The notes below the pieces were generated by a model, which saw only the letters and a program-made list of their open reading frames with translations, did no database searches and was not told where the DNA came from. DNA of 64,000 bases from Escherichia phage Lindwurm, in sequence record NC_134264.1. One strand, given 5' to 3'. Positions 10,211 to 20,397 of this stretch are shown here, piece by piece (within the stretch, counting starts at the first letter, position 1; each line of letters starts with the position of its first letter). Made by a program: the position numbers and the translations under genes.

Positions 10211-10579
10211 ATGACCAAACAACAATATTTAATACTTTGTGAGTCAATGGGTATAGAGCCGGATCCTAAGGCTATGCCCGTTGAACTTGAGGATTTTCCA
10301 CCTATTGTAGCTATTAGTATGAATATTTATAACAGTCTAATTGACTGTTTCATACCGGGTGACTTTCCTATTTTTATAGGTAAGGATAAGGCTGCATTAG
10401 GTGTTTTATTTGATATTTATGGGATTACTGATCCTATAGAAAAAGAATTTGTTCTACACATTATCAATATATTTGATGCTAAAGCTGTAGATGCTGCACG
10501 TAAACGTGCTGAGAAGCATAAACCGCAAAACGGAAGGATTCCTAACGTTAAGCCACATGCTAGGTCTCGCGCACGGTAA
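10211..10579 (+). CDS. tail assembly chaperone, downstream part (frame open from 10124; possible frameshift fusion)
   Basis: No Shine-Dalgarno before ATG 10211; reading frame is open from 10124 and overlaps 9745..10149 by 26 nt in +1 frame. Confidence 0.5.
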   Translation: MTKQQYLILCESMGIEPDPKAMPVELEDFPPIVAISMNIYNSLIDCFIPGDFPIFIGKDKAALGVLFDIYGITDPIEKEFVLHIINIFDAKAVDAARKRAEKHKPQNGRIPNVKPHARSRAR

Positions 10580-10614
10580 AAGTTTCCTCCAATGGGCGTT
10601 CCACGATGAGGCTT

Positions 10615-10645
10615 GGCTCTGGGTGATTTGCCCAGAGCCTTTTTT
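10615..10645 (+). terminator. rho-independent terminator upstream of tape measure gene
   Basis: GGCTCTGGG-TGATTTG-CCCAGAGCC followed by TTTTTT. Confidence 0.75.
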
Positions 10646-10660
10646 ATTGGGAAAAATAAA
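10640..10660 (+). promoter_or_regulatory. conserved post-terminator motif copy 2
   Basis: TTTTTTATTGGGAAAAATAAA, 2 nt before ATG 10663. Confidence 0.5.
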
Positions 10661-10662
10661 AC

Positions 10663-13600
10663 ATGACTGATAAGCTAATACGAGAATTACTAATAGACGT
10701 TAAACAGAAGGGGGCAACTCGTACTGCAAAGTCTATTGAAAACGTATCTGATGCGTTGGAAAATGCTGCTGCTGCTTCCGAACTGACAAATGAGCAGTTA
10801 GGTAAAATGCCCAAAACTCTTTATTCCATTGAGAGGGCAGCAGACAGAGCAGCGAAAAGTCTTACTAAAATGCAGGCAAGCAGAGGCATGCTTAGTGTTA
10901 CTAAATCTATAAATGATATAGGAGCTAAGTTAGATGATCTCGCTATTACAATGATTGAAGTAGCAGATAAGTTAGAAGTCGGATTTGATGGGGTTTCTAG
11001 ATCTGTTAAAACAATGGGTAATGATGTTGCAGCTGCAACAGAAAAAGTCCAGGATAGATTATACGATACTAATAGAGCATTAGGTGGCACAGCTAGAGGT
11101 TTTAACGATACTGCTGGTGCTGCTGGCAGAGCTTCTAGAGCTATTGGTAATACTTCTGGTTCCGCGCGCGGTGCAACTCGTGATTTTGCGGCAATGGCTA
11201 AGATCGGTGGTAGTTTACCTATTATGTATGCAGCTCTTGCTTCCAACATCTTCGTTTTGCAATCTGCATTCGAACAGCTTAAACTAGGTGATCAGTTAAA
11301 TCGTCTAGAAAAATTTGGTGTTATAGTAGGTACTCAGACAGGTACTCCTGTTCAGACCCTTGCTAGATCACTACAAGAAGCTGCTGGATATGCTATTTCT
11401 TTTGAGGAAGCAATGAGACAGGCATCTTCAGCATCTGCTTATGGATTTGATGCCGAACAACTTAATAAATTTGGTTTAGTAGCTCGTCGTGCGGCTGCTG
11501 TTCTTGGCGTTGATATGACTGATGCACTTAACCGTGTAATTAAGGGCGTATCTAAACAAGAAATCGAACTTCTGGATGAACTTGGTGTCACCATCCGTCT
11601 TAATGACGCATACGCTGATTATGTTAAACAGTTAAATGCTGCAAACACAGGTATAACATATAATGTTAATAGTCTTACCACTTTCCAGAAGCAACAAGCA
11701 TACGCTAACGCGGTAATTGCTGAATCTACTAAGCGGTTTGGCTACCTAGATGAAGTACTACGTGCAACTCCATGGGAGCAATTTGCTGCTAATGCAGATG
11801 CTGCACTAAGAAAAATACAACAAGCTGCTGCTAAGTATTTAGGGCCAGTAATTGATGCTATCAACACAGTATTTTATACATCTCAGGCTTCTATATCTGC
11901 TGAGGCAGCTAGAGCTCAAGAAAAAACTAATAGACAGATAGACCCTACCAACGTTGGTGCTGTTGCTTTAAGTTTAGCTGCTTCTGAAGAAGGCTATAAT
12001 AAAGCTCTAGATATGTATAAGGAATCTCTTGATAAGCGTAATAAGCTAAAATCTGAGTTCGATAAACGAATGGAACAAGCAGATTTCTATACAAAACTAG
12101 CTATACGTCAAGTTGGTGAAGGTATTCCTATTGGTCTTGCAGCAGCAGGTGCTTCGGAGGCCAATAAGCAATTTGTAGCAGAAACTGCAGCTATGGGTCT
12201 ACAAGTAACTAGACTTGGTAAGGAAGTAGAGGATTCTACAGAGAATCTCAATGCTTGGAAATCAGCGTATCAAGCTGCTGGAGCCGCTGCTGCAAAGGCT
12301 AGTCCAGAGTTTCAGAAGCAAATTAATCTACAGAGAGATACTACTGATCCTGATGCTGTATACGATTTTAACTCTACTGTATTAAAAGGACTAACTGAGC
12401 AGCAGAAAGCGTATAATCAGACTAAGAAAACTGCTAGTGACTTAGCTAATGATATACAGAACGTTGCTCAGAGTACAGATACTGCTGCTAAAACTAGTGC
12501 TACTTTAGCAGATGCTATAAAAAACATAGAATCTCTATCTCTAGGTACTGGTAAGAGTGCTGATGAGTACGTTAAAAATCTTAACCTAGGCTATAACACT
12601 CTGTCTGAAATGAAAACTGCGTCTCAGGCCTTATCTGAATATGTTAAACTAACTGGTAATGAAACTAAAAATCAGTTAGCAGTTCAACAGAAGATAGCTG
12701 ATGTATATAACCAAACTAAGGATAAAGAAAAAGCACAGGAAGCTGGTAGACGTTTAGAACTCCAACAGTTAGAAGAGCAAGAAACTGCTTTACGCCGTGT
12801 TCTTCAAACAAACCAGGGAAATAAAGCTGTTGAGAAAGAAATTGAAAAAATTCAGCTGGAGAAACTTAAACTCACCAATCAGGGTATGGAAGCTCAGAAG
12901 AAGGTCAAGGATTACACAGATAAAATCCTGGGTGTAGATCGTGAGATAGCTCTCTTAAATAACCGTACTATGACAGATACCCAGTACCGTCTAGCACAGT
13001 TAAATCTTGAATTGACCATTGAAAAAGAGAAGTATGAATGGTATACAAAACAAGCTGATAAGCAGAAAGAAGCTGAGCAATCTAGACGTGCTCAAGCACA
13101 GATAGAGCGTGAAATCTGGAAATTCCGCCAAGATCAGATTGCTTCAATGGCTGCTGGTAGAGAGGAAGAACAGCAAAGACAATTTACTGCTAAACCATTA
13201 ATGGGAAATGCGGAGCGCTTACAGGAACAGCTAAAATTATATGAAGACTTAAAGCAGAAAACATTAGGTAATGCTGCGGCACAAGCGGAATATAATAAAA
13301 AGATAGCTGAAACTAGGGCACAACTAGCAGGTTTAAGGGCACAGAGAAATGCGGAGATGCAAGCTTCTGTTGGATCTTCTTTAGGTGCTGTGTACACTCC
13401 TACAACTGGACTATCTGGAGAAGATAAAGATTTTGCTGATATGGGAAATAGAATGGCTTCTTATGATCAGGCAATTTCTAAACTATCTGAGTTAAATTCC
13501 GAAGCAACTGCTGTAGCTCAAAGCATGGGTAATTTAACCAATGCTATGATTCAGTTCTCTATGGGGTCTTTAGACACTACTTCCACGATCGCAGCAGGTA

Positions 13601-14343
13601 TGCAGACTGTGGCCTCTATGATTCAATATAGTACTAGTCAACAGGTTAGTGCAATTGATCAGGCTATTGCAGCAGAGCAGAAACGAGATGGTAAATCTGA
13701 AGCATCTAAAGCTAAACTGAAAAAGTTAGAAGCTGAAAAGCTGAAGATTCAACAAGACGCAGCTAAGAAGCAGATTATCATCCAAACTGCAGTAGCTGTA
13801 ATGCAGGCGGCAACAGCTGTTCCATACCCGTTCTCTATCCCTCTGATGGTAGCGGCAGGTTTAGCAGGTGCTCTGGCCCTCGCCCAAGCATCCTCTGCAT
13901 CGAGTATGTCGAGTATTGCTGATTCTGGAGCTGATACAACTAGTTACTTAACCTTAGGAGAGCGTCAAAAGAATATAGATGTGTCCATGTCTGCTAATGC
14001 AGGTGAACTATCTTATATTCGTGGCGATCAAGGTATAGGTAGTGCCAACTCTTTCGTTCCTCGTGCTGAGGGCGGTAATATGTACCCAGGGGTTAGTTAC
14101 CAAATGGGTGAACATGGTACAGAAGTAATTACCCCTATGGTTCCTATGAAAGCTACACCTAATGATGAGCTAAAAACCTCATCTAACTCAACTTCAGGAA
14201 GACCTATCATCTTGAATATTAGTGCTATGGATGCTGCAAGTTTTAGAGAGTTTGCTTCTAGTAATAGTGGTGCTCTAAGAGACGCAGTAGAATTAGCTCT
14301 GAATGAGAACGGTGCTAGTTTGAAAACATTAGGAAATTCTTAA
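10663..14343 (+). CDS. tape measure protein (1226 aa, T5 pb2-like)
   Basis: Length, extended coiled-coil/Ala-Gln-rich composition, hydrophobic segment near C-terminus, position. Confidence 0.9.
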   Translation: MTDKLIRELLIDVKQKGATRTAKSIENVSDALENAAAASELTNEQLGKMPKTLYSIERAADRAAKSLTKMQASRGMLSVTKSINDIGAKLDDLAITMIEVADKLEVGFDGVSRSVKTMGNDVAAATEKVQDRLYDTNRALGGTARGFNDTAGAAGRASRAIGNTSGSARGATRDFAAMAKIGGSLPIMYAALASNIFVLQSAFEQLKLGDQLNRLEKFGVIVGTQTGTPVQTLARSLQEAAGYAISFEEAMRQASSASAYGFDAEQLNKFGLVARRAAAVLGVDMTDALNRVIKGVSKQEIELLDELGVTIRLNDAYADYVKQLNAANTGITYNVNSLTTFQKQQAYANAVIAESTKRFGYLDEVLRATPWEQFAANADAALRKIQQAAAKYLGPVIDAINTVFYTSQASISAEAARAQEKTNRQIDPTNVGAVALSLAASEEGYNKALDMYKESLDKRNKLKSEFDKRMEQADFYTKLAIRQVGEGIPIGLAAAGASEANKQFVAETAAMGLQVTRLGKEVEDSTENLNAWKSAYQAAGAAAAKASPEFQKQINLQRDTTDPDAVYDFNSTVLKGLTEQQKAYNQTKKTASDLANDIQNVAQSTDTAAKTSATLADAIKNIESLSLGTGKSADEYVKNLNLGYNTLSEMKTASQALSEYVKLTGNETKNQLAVQQKIADVYNQTKDKEKAQEAGRRLELQQLEEQETALRRVLQTNQGNKAVEKEIEKIQLEKLKLTNQGMEAQKKVKDYTDKILGVDREIALLNNRTMTDTQYRLAQLNLELTIEKEKYEWYTKQADKQKEAEQSRRAQAQIEREIWKFRQDQIASMAAGREEEQQRQFTAKPLMGNAERLQEQLKLYEDLKQKTLGNAAAQAEYNKKIAETRAQLAGLRAQRNAEMQASVGSSLGAVYTPTTGLSGEDKDFADMGNRMASYDQAISKLSELNSEATAVAQSMGNLTNAMIQFSMGSLDTTSTIAAGMQTVASMIQYSTSQQVSAIDQAIAAEQKRDGKSEASKAKLKKLEAEKLKIQQDAAKKQIIIQTAVAVMQAATAVPYPFSIPLMVAAGLAGALALAQASSASSMSSIADSGADTTSYLTLGERQKNIDVSMSANAGELSYIRGDQGIGSANSFVPRAEGGNMYPGVSYQMGEHGTEVITPMVPMKATPNDELKTSSNSTSGRPIILNISAMDAASFREFASSNSGALRDAVELALNENGASLKTLGNS

Positions 14344-14350
14344 AACTGGA

Positions 14351-14377
14351 GGAGGACTTTGAGTCCTCCTTTTCTTT
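14351..14377 (+). terminator. rho-independent terminator after tape measure gene
   Basis: GGAGGAC-TTTGA-GTCCTCC followed by TTTTCTTT. Confidence 0.75.
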
Positions 14378-14392
14378 ATGGAAAAATAAAAA
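14375..14392 (+). promoter_or_regulatory. conserved post-terminator motif copy 3 (TTTATGGAAAAATAAAAA)
   Basis: Variant of the motif, here ~60 nt upstream of ATG and followed by a sigma70-like promoter. Confidence 0.45.
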
Positions 14393-14396
14393 TTTC

Positions 14397-14425
14397 TTGA
14401 TAAAATTTTCTAATACTATTATAAT
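14397..14425 (+). promoter_or_regulatory. sigma70-like promoter upstream of distal tail protein gene
   Basis: TTGATA, 17 bp spacer, TATAAT; then AAAGAGGAGAAATTAACTATG ribosome-binding region. Confidence 0.6.
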
Positions 14426-14452
14426 ATTGTTATTAAAGAGGAGAAATTAACT

Positions 14453-15067
14453 ATGAGATTACCAGACCCATACACGAATCCAGAACTTTCAGGATTAGGA
14501 TTCGAAAGTGTTAACCTGATTGATAATGACCCAGTAATTCGTGATGAGTTACCAAATGGTAAAGTTAACGAAGTTAAGGTATCTGCTCAATACTGGGGTA
14601 TAAATATTTCTTATCCAGAATTATTTCCAGATGAATATAATGTTCTAGATGCTTTTATTCTAGAATACAAAAGGACTGGTAGTTATATAGATGTTATATT
14701 ACCACAATACGAAGCTTTTAGGGTTAGAGGTAATACTAGTCTAGTAAATATACCTGCTGGACAGAAGGGTTCTAATATAACTATGGATACAAAAGGACTT
14801 CTTATCGGTACTCCAAAACCGGGGGATCTATTTAAGCTATCTAACCATCCAAAAGTATATAAAATAACATCATTCAATAAATCAGGCAATACGTGGTCTA
14901 TAAACTTATACCCTGATTTATTTATAACTACTACTGGGACTGAGAAACCAGTGTTTAACGGAATACTATTTAGAACAAAACTCATGAATGGTGATGCTTT
15001 CGGGTCTACATTAAATAATAACGGAACATATTCCGGCATCTCATTAAATTTACGGGAAAGTTTATGA
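14453..15067 (+). CDS. distal tail protein (204 aa, T5 pb9-like)
   Basis: Position after tape measure, before baseplate hub; length. Confidence 0.7.
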   Translation: MRLPDPYTNPELSGLGFESVNLIDNDPVIRDELPNGKVNEVKVSAQYWGINISYPELFPDEYNVLDAFILEYKRTGSYIDVILPQYEAFRVRGNTSLVNIPAGQKGSNITMDTKGLLIGTPKPGDLFKLSNHPKVYKITSFNKSGNTWSINLYPDLFITTTGTEKPVFNGILFRTKLMNGDAFGSTLNNNGTYSGISLNLRESL

Positions 15068-17913
15068 AGAAAATACTAGATAGTGCTAGAAACTACTTAA
15101 AAAATAATAGCAGAATAAAAACTGCTAGTCTAATTTCCCTAGAATTACCTGGCTCTACTGGTACTAGTACTGCTTTTATTTATTTAACTGATTATTTTAG
15201 AGATGTACTATATAATGGTATTTTGTACCAGGCCGGTAAGGTTAAGTCCATTAGCACACATAAACAAAATAGAGATTTATCTATTGGCAGTCTATCTTTT
15301 ACTATTACAGGTACAGCGCAGGATGAAGTACTGAAATTAGTGCAGAATGGTGTGTCCTTTTTAGATAGAATAGTAACAATCCACCAAGCAATTATTACAG
15401 AGGATGGTTCTATTTTACCTGTAGACCCAGACACAAATGGCCCTTTATTATACTTTAGAGGGAGAATTACCGGTGGGGGTATTAAGGACAATATTAGTAC
15501 TTCTGGGGTTGGAACCTCCACAATTACTTGGAATTGTTCTAACCAATTCTATGATTTTGATAGGGTTAATGGTAGATTTACTGATGATGCTTCTCACAGA
15601 GGGCTTGAAGTTGTGGCAGGACAATTAGTTCCATCTAACGGGGCTAAAAGACTTGAATACCAAGAAGATTATGGGTTCTTTCATGCTAATAAAAGTATCT
15701 CTATTTTAGCAAAATATCAGGTACAGGAAGAAAGATACAAGCTAAAGTCTAAGAAAAAGCTATTTGGCTTATCTAGAAGCTATAGTCTTAAAAAGTATTA
15801 TGAGACTGTTACTAAAGAAGTAGATATAGATTTTAACCTTGCTGCTAAGTATATACCAGTAGTTTATGGCGTACAGAAAATACCGGGAATACCTATTTTT
15901 GCGGATACGGAACTACACAATCCTAATATAGTTTACGTAGTATATGCTTTTGCTGAAGGAGAGATAGACGGTTTTCTTGACTTTTCCTTCGGGGATAACC
16001 CTATGATTTGTATGGACTCTAATGATAGCTCTGCTAGAACCTGTTTCGGTGTTAAAAAAGTAGCAGGAGACACCATGCAAAGAATAGCATCAGGAGTATC
16101 TTCTAGTAGTCCTTCTGTGCATGGTCAGGAATATAAGTATAATGATGGTAATGGTGATATAAGGATTTGGACTTATCATGGAAAAGCAGACCAAACGGCT
16201 TCTGAAGTATTAGTAGACATAGCGAAAGAACGTGGGTTCTACCTTCAAAATATGAACGGTAATGGGCCTGAGTACTGGGATGCTAGGTATAAGCTATTAG
16301 ATACTGCATACGCGGTAGTACGCTTTACTATTAATGAAAATAGAACTGAGATCCCAGAAGTTAGTGCTGAGATTCAGGGTAAGAAGGTAAAAATCTATCA
16401 TTCTGATGGTAGAGTAACTGCTAACAACACTAGTTTAAATGGTATCTGGCAAACACTTGATTACTTAACTTCAGATAGATACGGTGCTAACATTACCATT
16501 GATCAATTCCCTCTTCAACAATTGATACAAGAAGCTGCTATCCTAGATATTATAGATGAATCTTACCAAGTATCCTGGCAGCCATACTGGAGATACGTTG
16601 GGTGGACTGATCCATTAGCAGAAAATAGACAAATAGTACAAATGAATACTATTCTAGATACATCTGAATCAGTATTTAAAAATGTGCAAGGTTTGCTAGA
16701 GTCCTATGGCGGGGCTATTAACAACTTATCTGGCCAGTATAGGATTACTGTAGAAAAATACTCTAATACTCCATTAGAGATTAATTTTCTGGATACTTAT
16801 GGTGATTTAGAGCTATCAGATACTACTGGTAGAAATAAATTCAACTCAGTTCAAGCATCTATCGTAGACCCAGCTCTTAGCTGGAAAACTAACTCTATTA
16901 CCTTTTACAACTCTAAATATAAAGAGCAAGATAAAAATTTAGACAAAAAATTACAATTATCTTTTGCAAATATAACTAACTACTATACTGCTAGAAGTTT
17001 TGCAGACAGAGAGCTTAAAAAATCTAGGTATTCTAGAACCCTCTCATTTTCTTTACCATACCAATTCATTGGTATTGAGCCTAACGATGCTATTGCATTT
17101 ACATACGACCGTTATGGGTGGGATAAGAAATACTTTTTAGTAGATGAAGTAGAAAACTCTAGAGAAGGAAAGATAAACGTCACCCTACAGGAGTATGGAG
17201 AAGATGTATTTATCAACTCTGATCAAGTAGATAATAGTGGCAATGATATACCAGATATTAGTAACAATGTTCTTCCTCCTAGAGATTTTAAATATACTCC
17301 TACACCTGGTGGTTTAGTTGGTTCTATAGGAAAAAATGGTGAGTTATCTTGGCTTCCAAGTTTAACTAATAATGTAGTTTATTACTCTATTGTGCATTCC
17401 GGTCATGCTGAGCCTTATATTGTGCAGCAACTAGAAACAAACCCCAATGAACGCATGATCCAAGAGATAATTGGAGAGCCTGCAGGTTTAGCAATATTTG
17501 AAATAAGGGCCGTGGATATAAACGGTAGAAGAAGTTCTCCAGTAACATTATCTATAGAACTTAACTCTGCTAAAAACCTAAGTGTAGTATCTAATTTTAG
17601 GGTAACTAATACGGCTTCTGGGGATGTAACTGAGTTTGTAGGCCCAGATGTAAAACTAGTTTGGGATAGGATACCAGAAGAAGATATAATAGAAAGTATA
17701 TTCTATACTCTGGAGATCTATGATTCTCAGAATAGAATGCTAAGAAGTGTACGTATTGAAAATCAGTATACTTATGACTATTTATTAATGTATAATAAGG
17801 CAGATTTTGCTCTTCATAACAGCGATGCTCTAGGAATCAATAGAAAACTATATTTTCGTATTAGAGCAGAAGGAGATGATGGAGAACAGTCTGTGGAATG
17901 GGCATCCATTTAA
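15064..17913 (+). CDS. baseplate hub / tail-associated protein (949 aa, T5 pb3-like)
   Basis: Length and synteny. Confidence 0.75.
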   Translation: MKKILDSARNYLKNNSRIKTASLISLELPGSTGTSTAFIYLTDYFRDVLYNGILYQAGKVKSISTHKQNRDLSIGSLSFTITGTAQDEVLKLVQNGVSFLDRIVTIHQAIITEDGSILPVDPDTNGPLLYFRGRITGGGIKDNISTSGVGTSTITWNCSNQFYDFDRVNGRFTDDASHRGLEVVAGQLVPSNGAKRLEYQEDYGFFHANKSISILAKYQVQEERYKLKSKKKLFGLSRSYSLKKYYETVTKEVDIDFNLAAKYIPVVYGVQKIPGIPIFADTELHNPNIVYVVYAFAEGEIDGFLDFSFGDNPMICMDSNDSSARTCFGVKKVAGDTMQRIASGVSSSSPSVHGQEYKYNDGNGDIRIWTYHGKADQTASEVLVDIAKERGFYLQNMNGNGPEYWDARYKLLDTAYAVVRFTINENRTEIPEVSAEIQGKKVKIYHSDGRVTANNTSLNGIWQTLDYLTSDRYGANITIDQFPLQQLIQEAAILDIIDESYQVSWQPYWRYVGWTDPLAENRQIVQMNTILDTSESVFKNVQGLLESYGGAINNLSGQYRITVEKYSNTPLEINFLDTYGDLELSDTTGRNKFNSVQASIVDPALSWKTNSITFYNSKYKEQDKNLDKKLQLSFANITNYYTARSFADRELKKSRYSRTLSFSLPYQFIGIEPNDAIAFTYDRYGWDKKYFLVDEVENSREGKINVTLQEYGEDVFINSDQVDNSGNDIPDISNNVLPPRDFKYTPTPGGLVGSIGKNGELSWLPSLTNNVVYYSIVHSGHAEPYIVQQLETNPNERMIQEIIGEPAGLAIFEIRAVDINGRRSSPVTLSIELNSAKNLSVVSNFRVTNTASGDVTEFVGPDVKLVWDRIPEEDIIESIFYTLEIYDSQNRMLRSVRIENQYTYDYLLMYNKADFALHNSDALGINRKLYFRIRAEGDDGEQSVEWASI

Positions 17914-19970
17914 TGATTTCGAATAATGCACCAGCCAAAATGGTCTTAAATAGTATAATGACTGGATATACAATGGCATATGTCCAGCACTCTATATATA
18001 CTGACTATGACGTTATTGGTAGATCTTTTTGGTTAAAGACAGGAGAAAGTATAGATAGACGTGATTATACTGGTATAGATACTTTCTTCGTAATGATTAA
18101 TAACCTGACCCCTTCAACCTCTTATGAGATTCAAGGGGCTTTTTATGATTCTATTATAGATTCTGAGCTACTAGAGGCTAAAATTGGTATCATTCTATCT
18201 AATGAAACCAATTTTAAGACAAAAGAAAAGCCAACAATTGTTGCAGCAAGATCTGAGTCAGAACCTGTAGATGTTGGGGTGGGCTCACCAATAGTTGTTG
18301 TGGAAACAGCAGGTGAAGCGAGCTACTGTACTATTGAGTTAAAAAGTACAGCCTCTGAAGATACCCCATGGGTTAAATATTATATTGGGGCTCTCAGCTC
18401 TACTATTAAATTTGGGGGAGTTCCTATTGGGGATTATAAGATCAGAATATCCGGTCAAGTAACTATGCCTGATGGTGTTACAATTGATTCTTCCGGTTAC
18501 TATGAATTCCCTACTATTCTAACTGTAGCATATAATTTTGTTCCCCCTACCGCACCTATCAATATTGTTTTTAAAGCTGCACGAATTGCAGATGGTAAAG
18601 AACGGTATGATGTTAGAATTGAGTGGGATTGGGAACGCGGTGTTGGTGCTAATGTTCGTGAGTTCTTGGTTACTTATATAAACTCCGAAGAATACGCTAA
18701 GACTGGCTGGGCTAAAGCTCAAAAGATAAACGTTGGTGCTGCTAGAGCTGCAACGATTATATCATTCCCATGGAAAGTTGAACATACTTTTAAGGTATCA
18801 TCAATTGCCTGGGGACCAAATAGGCAGGATATAACAGACTCTACAGTACAGACTTTTATACTAAATGAAGATACTCCTCTAGATAACAGTTTTGTTAATG
18901 AGACTGGTATTGATGTTAATTATGCCTTTATTAAGGGTAGTATGAAAGAGGGAGAAATATGGAGACAGACATTCTTAATTGATGCAGCTACTGGTGCTGT
19001 TAATATTGGTCTGCTAGACGAAGAAGGTAAAGCACCTATTTCTTTCGACCCTATAAATCGTATTGTTAACGTTGACGGTAAAGTAATTACTAGAGATATT
19101 AATGCCGCTAACTTTATCATGACTAACTTGTCTGGTAAAGATAATCCAGCAATTTATACTCAAGGTAAATCTTGGGGGGATAATAACTCCGGTATTTGGA
19201 TGGGTATGGATAATACTTCTGCTAAGCCAAGGTTAGATATAGGTAATGCTACCCAATGGATACGTTATGATGGTGATACTCTTCGTATCTCTAGTGGAGT
19301 TATTATAGGTACTCCTAATGGTGATATAGATCTGGGTACTGGTATGCAAGGTAAGCAAACAGTATTTGTTTATAAGTTAGCAACATCTCTACCTGCTAAA
19401 CCACTAGAACAAGATTATCCGCCTCCTGGTTGGTCAAAAACTCCACCTAACCGTACAGATATGACACAAAATATCTATGCGACTACGGGTACACTTGATC
19501 CAGTTACTAACAAACTTCTTGAAGGTACTAGCTGGTCTGATGTAGTTCAGTGGAGTGGTACTGAAGGTACTATTGGTGCAGATGGTCAAAGGGGTCCTGG
19601 CATGTATTCTTTAGGTATTCCTGGTCTTGGTGGTTGGGATGATGGGCAAGCTAATACCTTTTTCCAGAATAACTTTGGTAGTCCACCAGTTAGATATGAT
19701 GTATTGACTGAGTTTAATAGTAATGCTCCGCAATCCGCGTTTACTCGTCAATGGAATGGTTCCGGTTGGGTTAACCCAGCAATGGTACTGCACGGTGATA
19801 TGATCGTTAATGGTACGGTAACTGCTAGTAAAATTGTTGCTAATAACGCTTTCTTATCACAAATTGGTGTAAATATTATATATGATAGGAACGCTGCATT
19901 ATCTGATAACCCGGAAGCCTACTACAAGATGAAGATAGACCTGCAAAATGGGTACATTCATATAAGGTAA
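17898..19970 (+). CDS. central straight fibre protein (690 aa, T5 pb4-like)
   Basis: Length and synteny; beta-rich repeat composition. Confidence 0.7.
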   Translation: MGIHLMISNNAPAKMVLNSIMTGYTMAYVQHSIYTDYDVIGRSFWLKTGESIDRRDYTGIDTFFVMINNLTPSTSYEIQGAFYDSIIDSELLEAKIGIILSNETNFKTKEKPTIVAARSESEPVDVGVGSPIVVVETAGEASYCTIELKSTASEDTPWVKYYIGALSSTIKFGGVPIGDYKIRISGQVTMPDGVTIDSSGYYEFPTILTVAYNFVPPTAPINIVFKAARIADGKERYDVRIEWDWERGVGANVREFLVTYINSEEYAKTGWAKAQKINVGAARAATIISFPWKVEHTFKVSSIAWGPNRQDITDSTVQTFILNEDTPLDNSFVNETGIDVNYAFIKGSMKEGEIWRQTFLIDAATGAVNIGLLDEEGKAPISFDPINRIVNVDGKVITRDINAANFIMTNLSGKDNPAIYTQGKSWGDNNSGIWMGMDNTSAKPRLDIGNATQWIRYDGDTLRISSGVIIGTPNGDIDLGTGMQGKQTVFVYKLATSLPAKPLEQDYPPPGWSKTPPNRTDMTQNIYATTGTLDPVTNKLLEGTSWSDVVQWSGTEGTIGADGQRGPGMYSLGIPGLGGWDDGQANTFFQNNFGSPPVRYDVLTEFNSNAPQSAFTRQWNGSGWVNPAMVLHGDMIVNGTVTASKIVANNAFLSQIGVNIIYDRNAALSDNPEAYYKMKIDLQNGYIHIR

Positions 19971-19974
19971 AATA

Positions 19975-20397
19975 ATGAGTACTGAAAATAGAGTTATAGA
20001 TTTAGTAATAGACGAAAATGTACCATATGGTCTAATGATGCAGTTCTTAGACGTTGATGATAGTACTTATCCTCCTACAAATACTCCTGTTAACTTAACC
20101 GGATATTCTCTAAGAGGTACTGTAAAAAATAGCCTAGATGAGAATGCGGAGATATTAGCATCCTTTACTACTAATATTATTGATGCTGCTCAGGGGGCTG
20201 TAGCTATAAGTTTGCCAGTAGAATCTGTGGAAAATATAGGAGCTAAAGCATCTAAAGATAGAGATAAATATAACCCCCGTCAGCGATTCGCAGGATACTA
20301 TGATATAATTATGACTAGAGATGTTATAGGATCTGCAATTAGCTCCTTTCGTATAATGGAGGGTAAAGTATTTATCAGTGATGGAGTAACTAAATAA
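19975..20397 (+). CDS. collar protein (140 aa, T5 p132-like)
   Basis: Small ORF immediately upstream of lateral fibre gene. Confidence 0.6.
   Translation: MSTENRVIDLVIDENVPYGLMMQFLDVDDSTYPPTNTPVNLTGYSLRGTVKNSLDENAEILASFTTNIIDAAQGAVAISLPVESVENIGAKASKDRDKYNPRQRFAGYYDIIMTRDVIGSAISSFRIMEGKVFISDGVTK

Noticed and set aside
10821-11287. Antisense and alternative-frame ORFs inside the tape measure gene
   Set aside because: Ala/Gly-rich codon bias of the tape measure gene creates open shadow frames; no translation signals.
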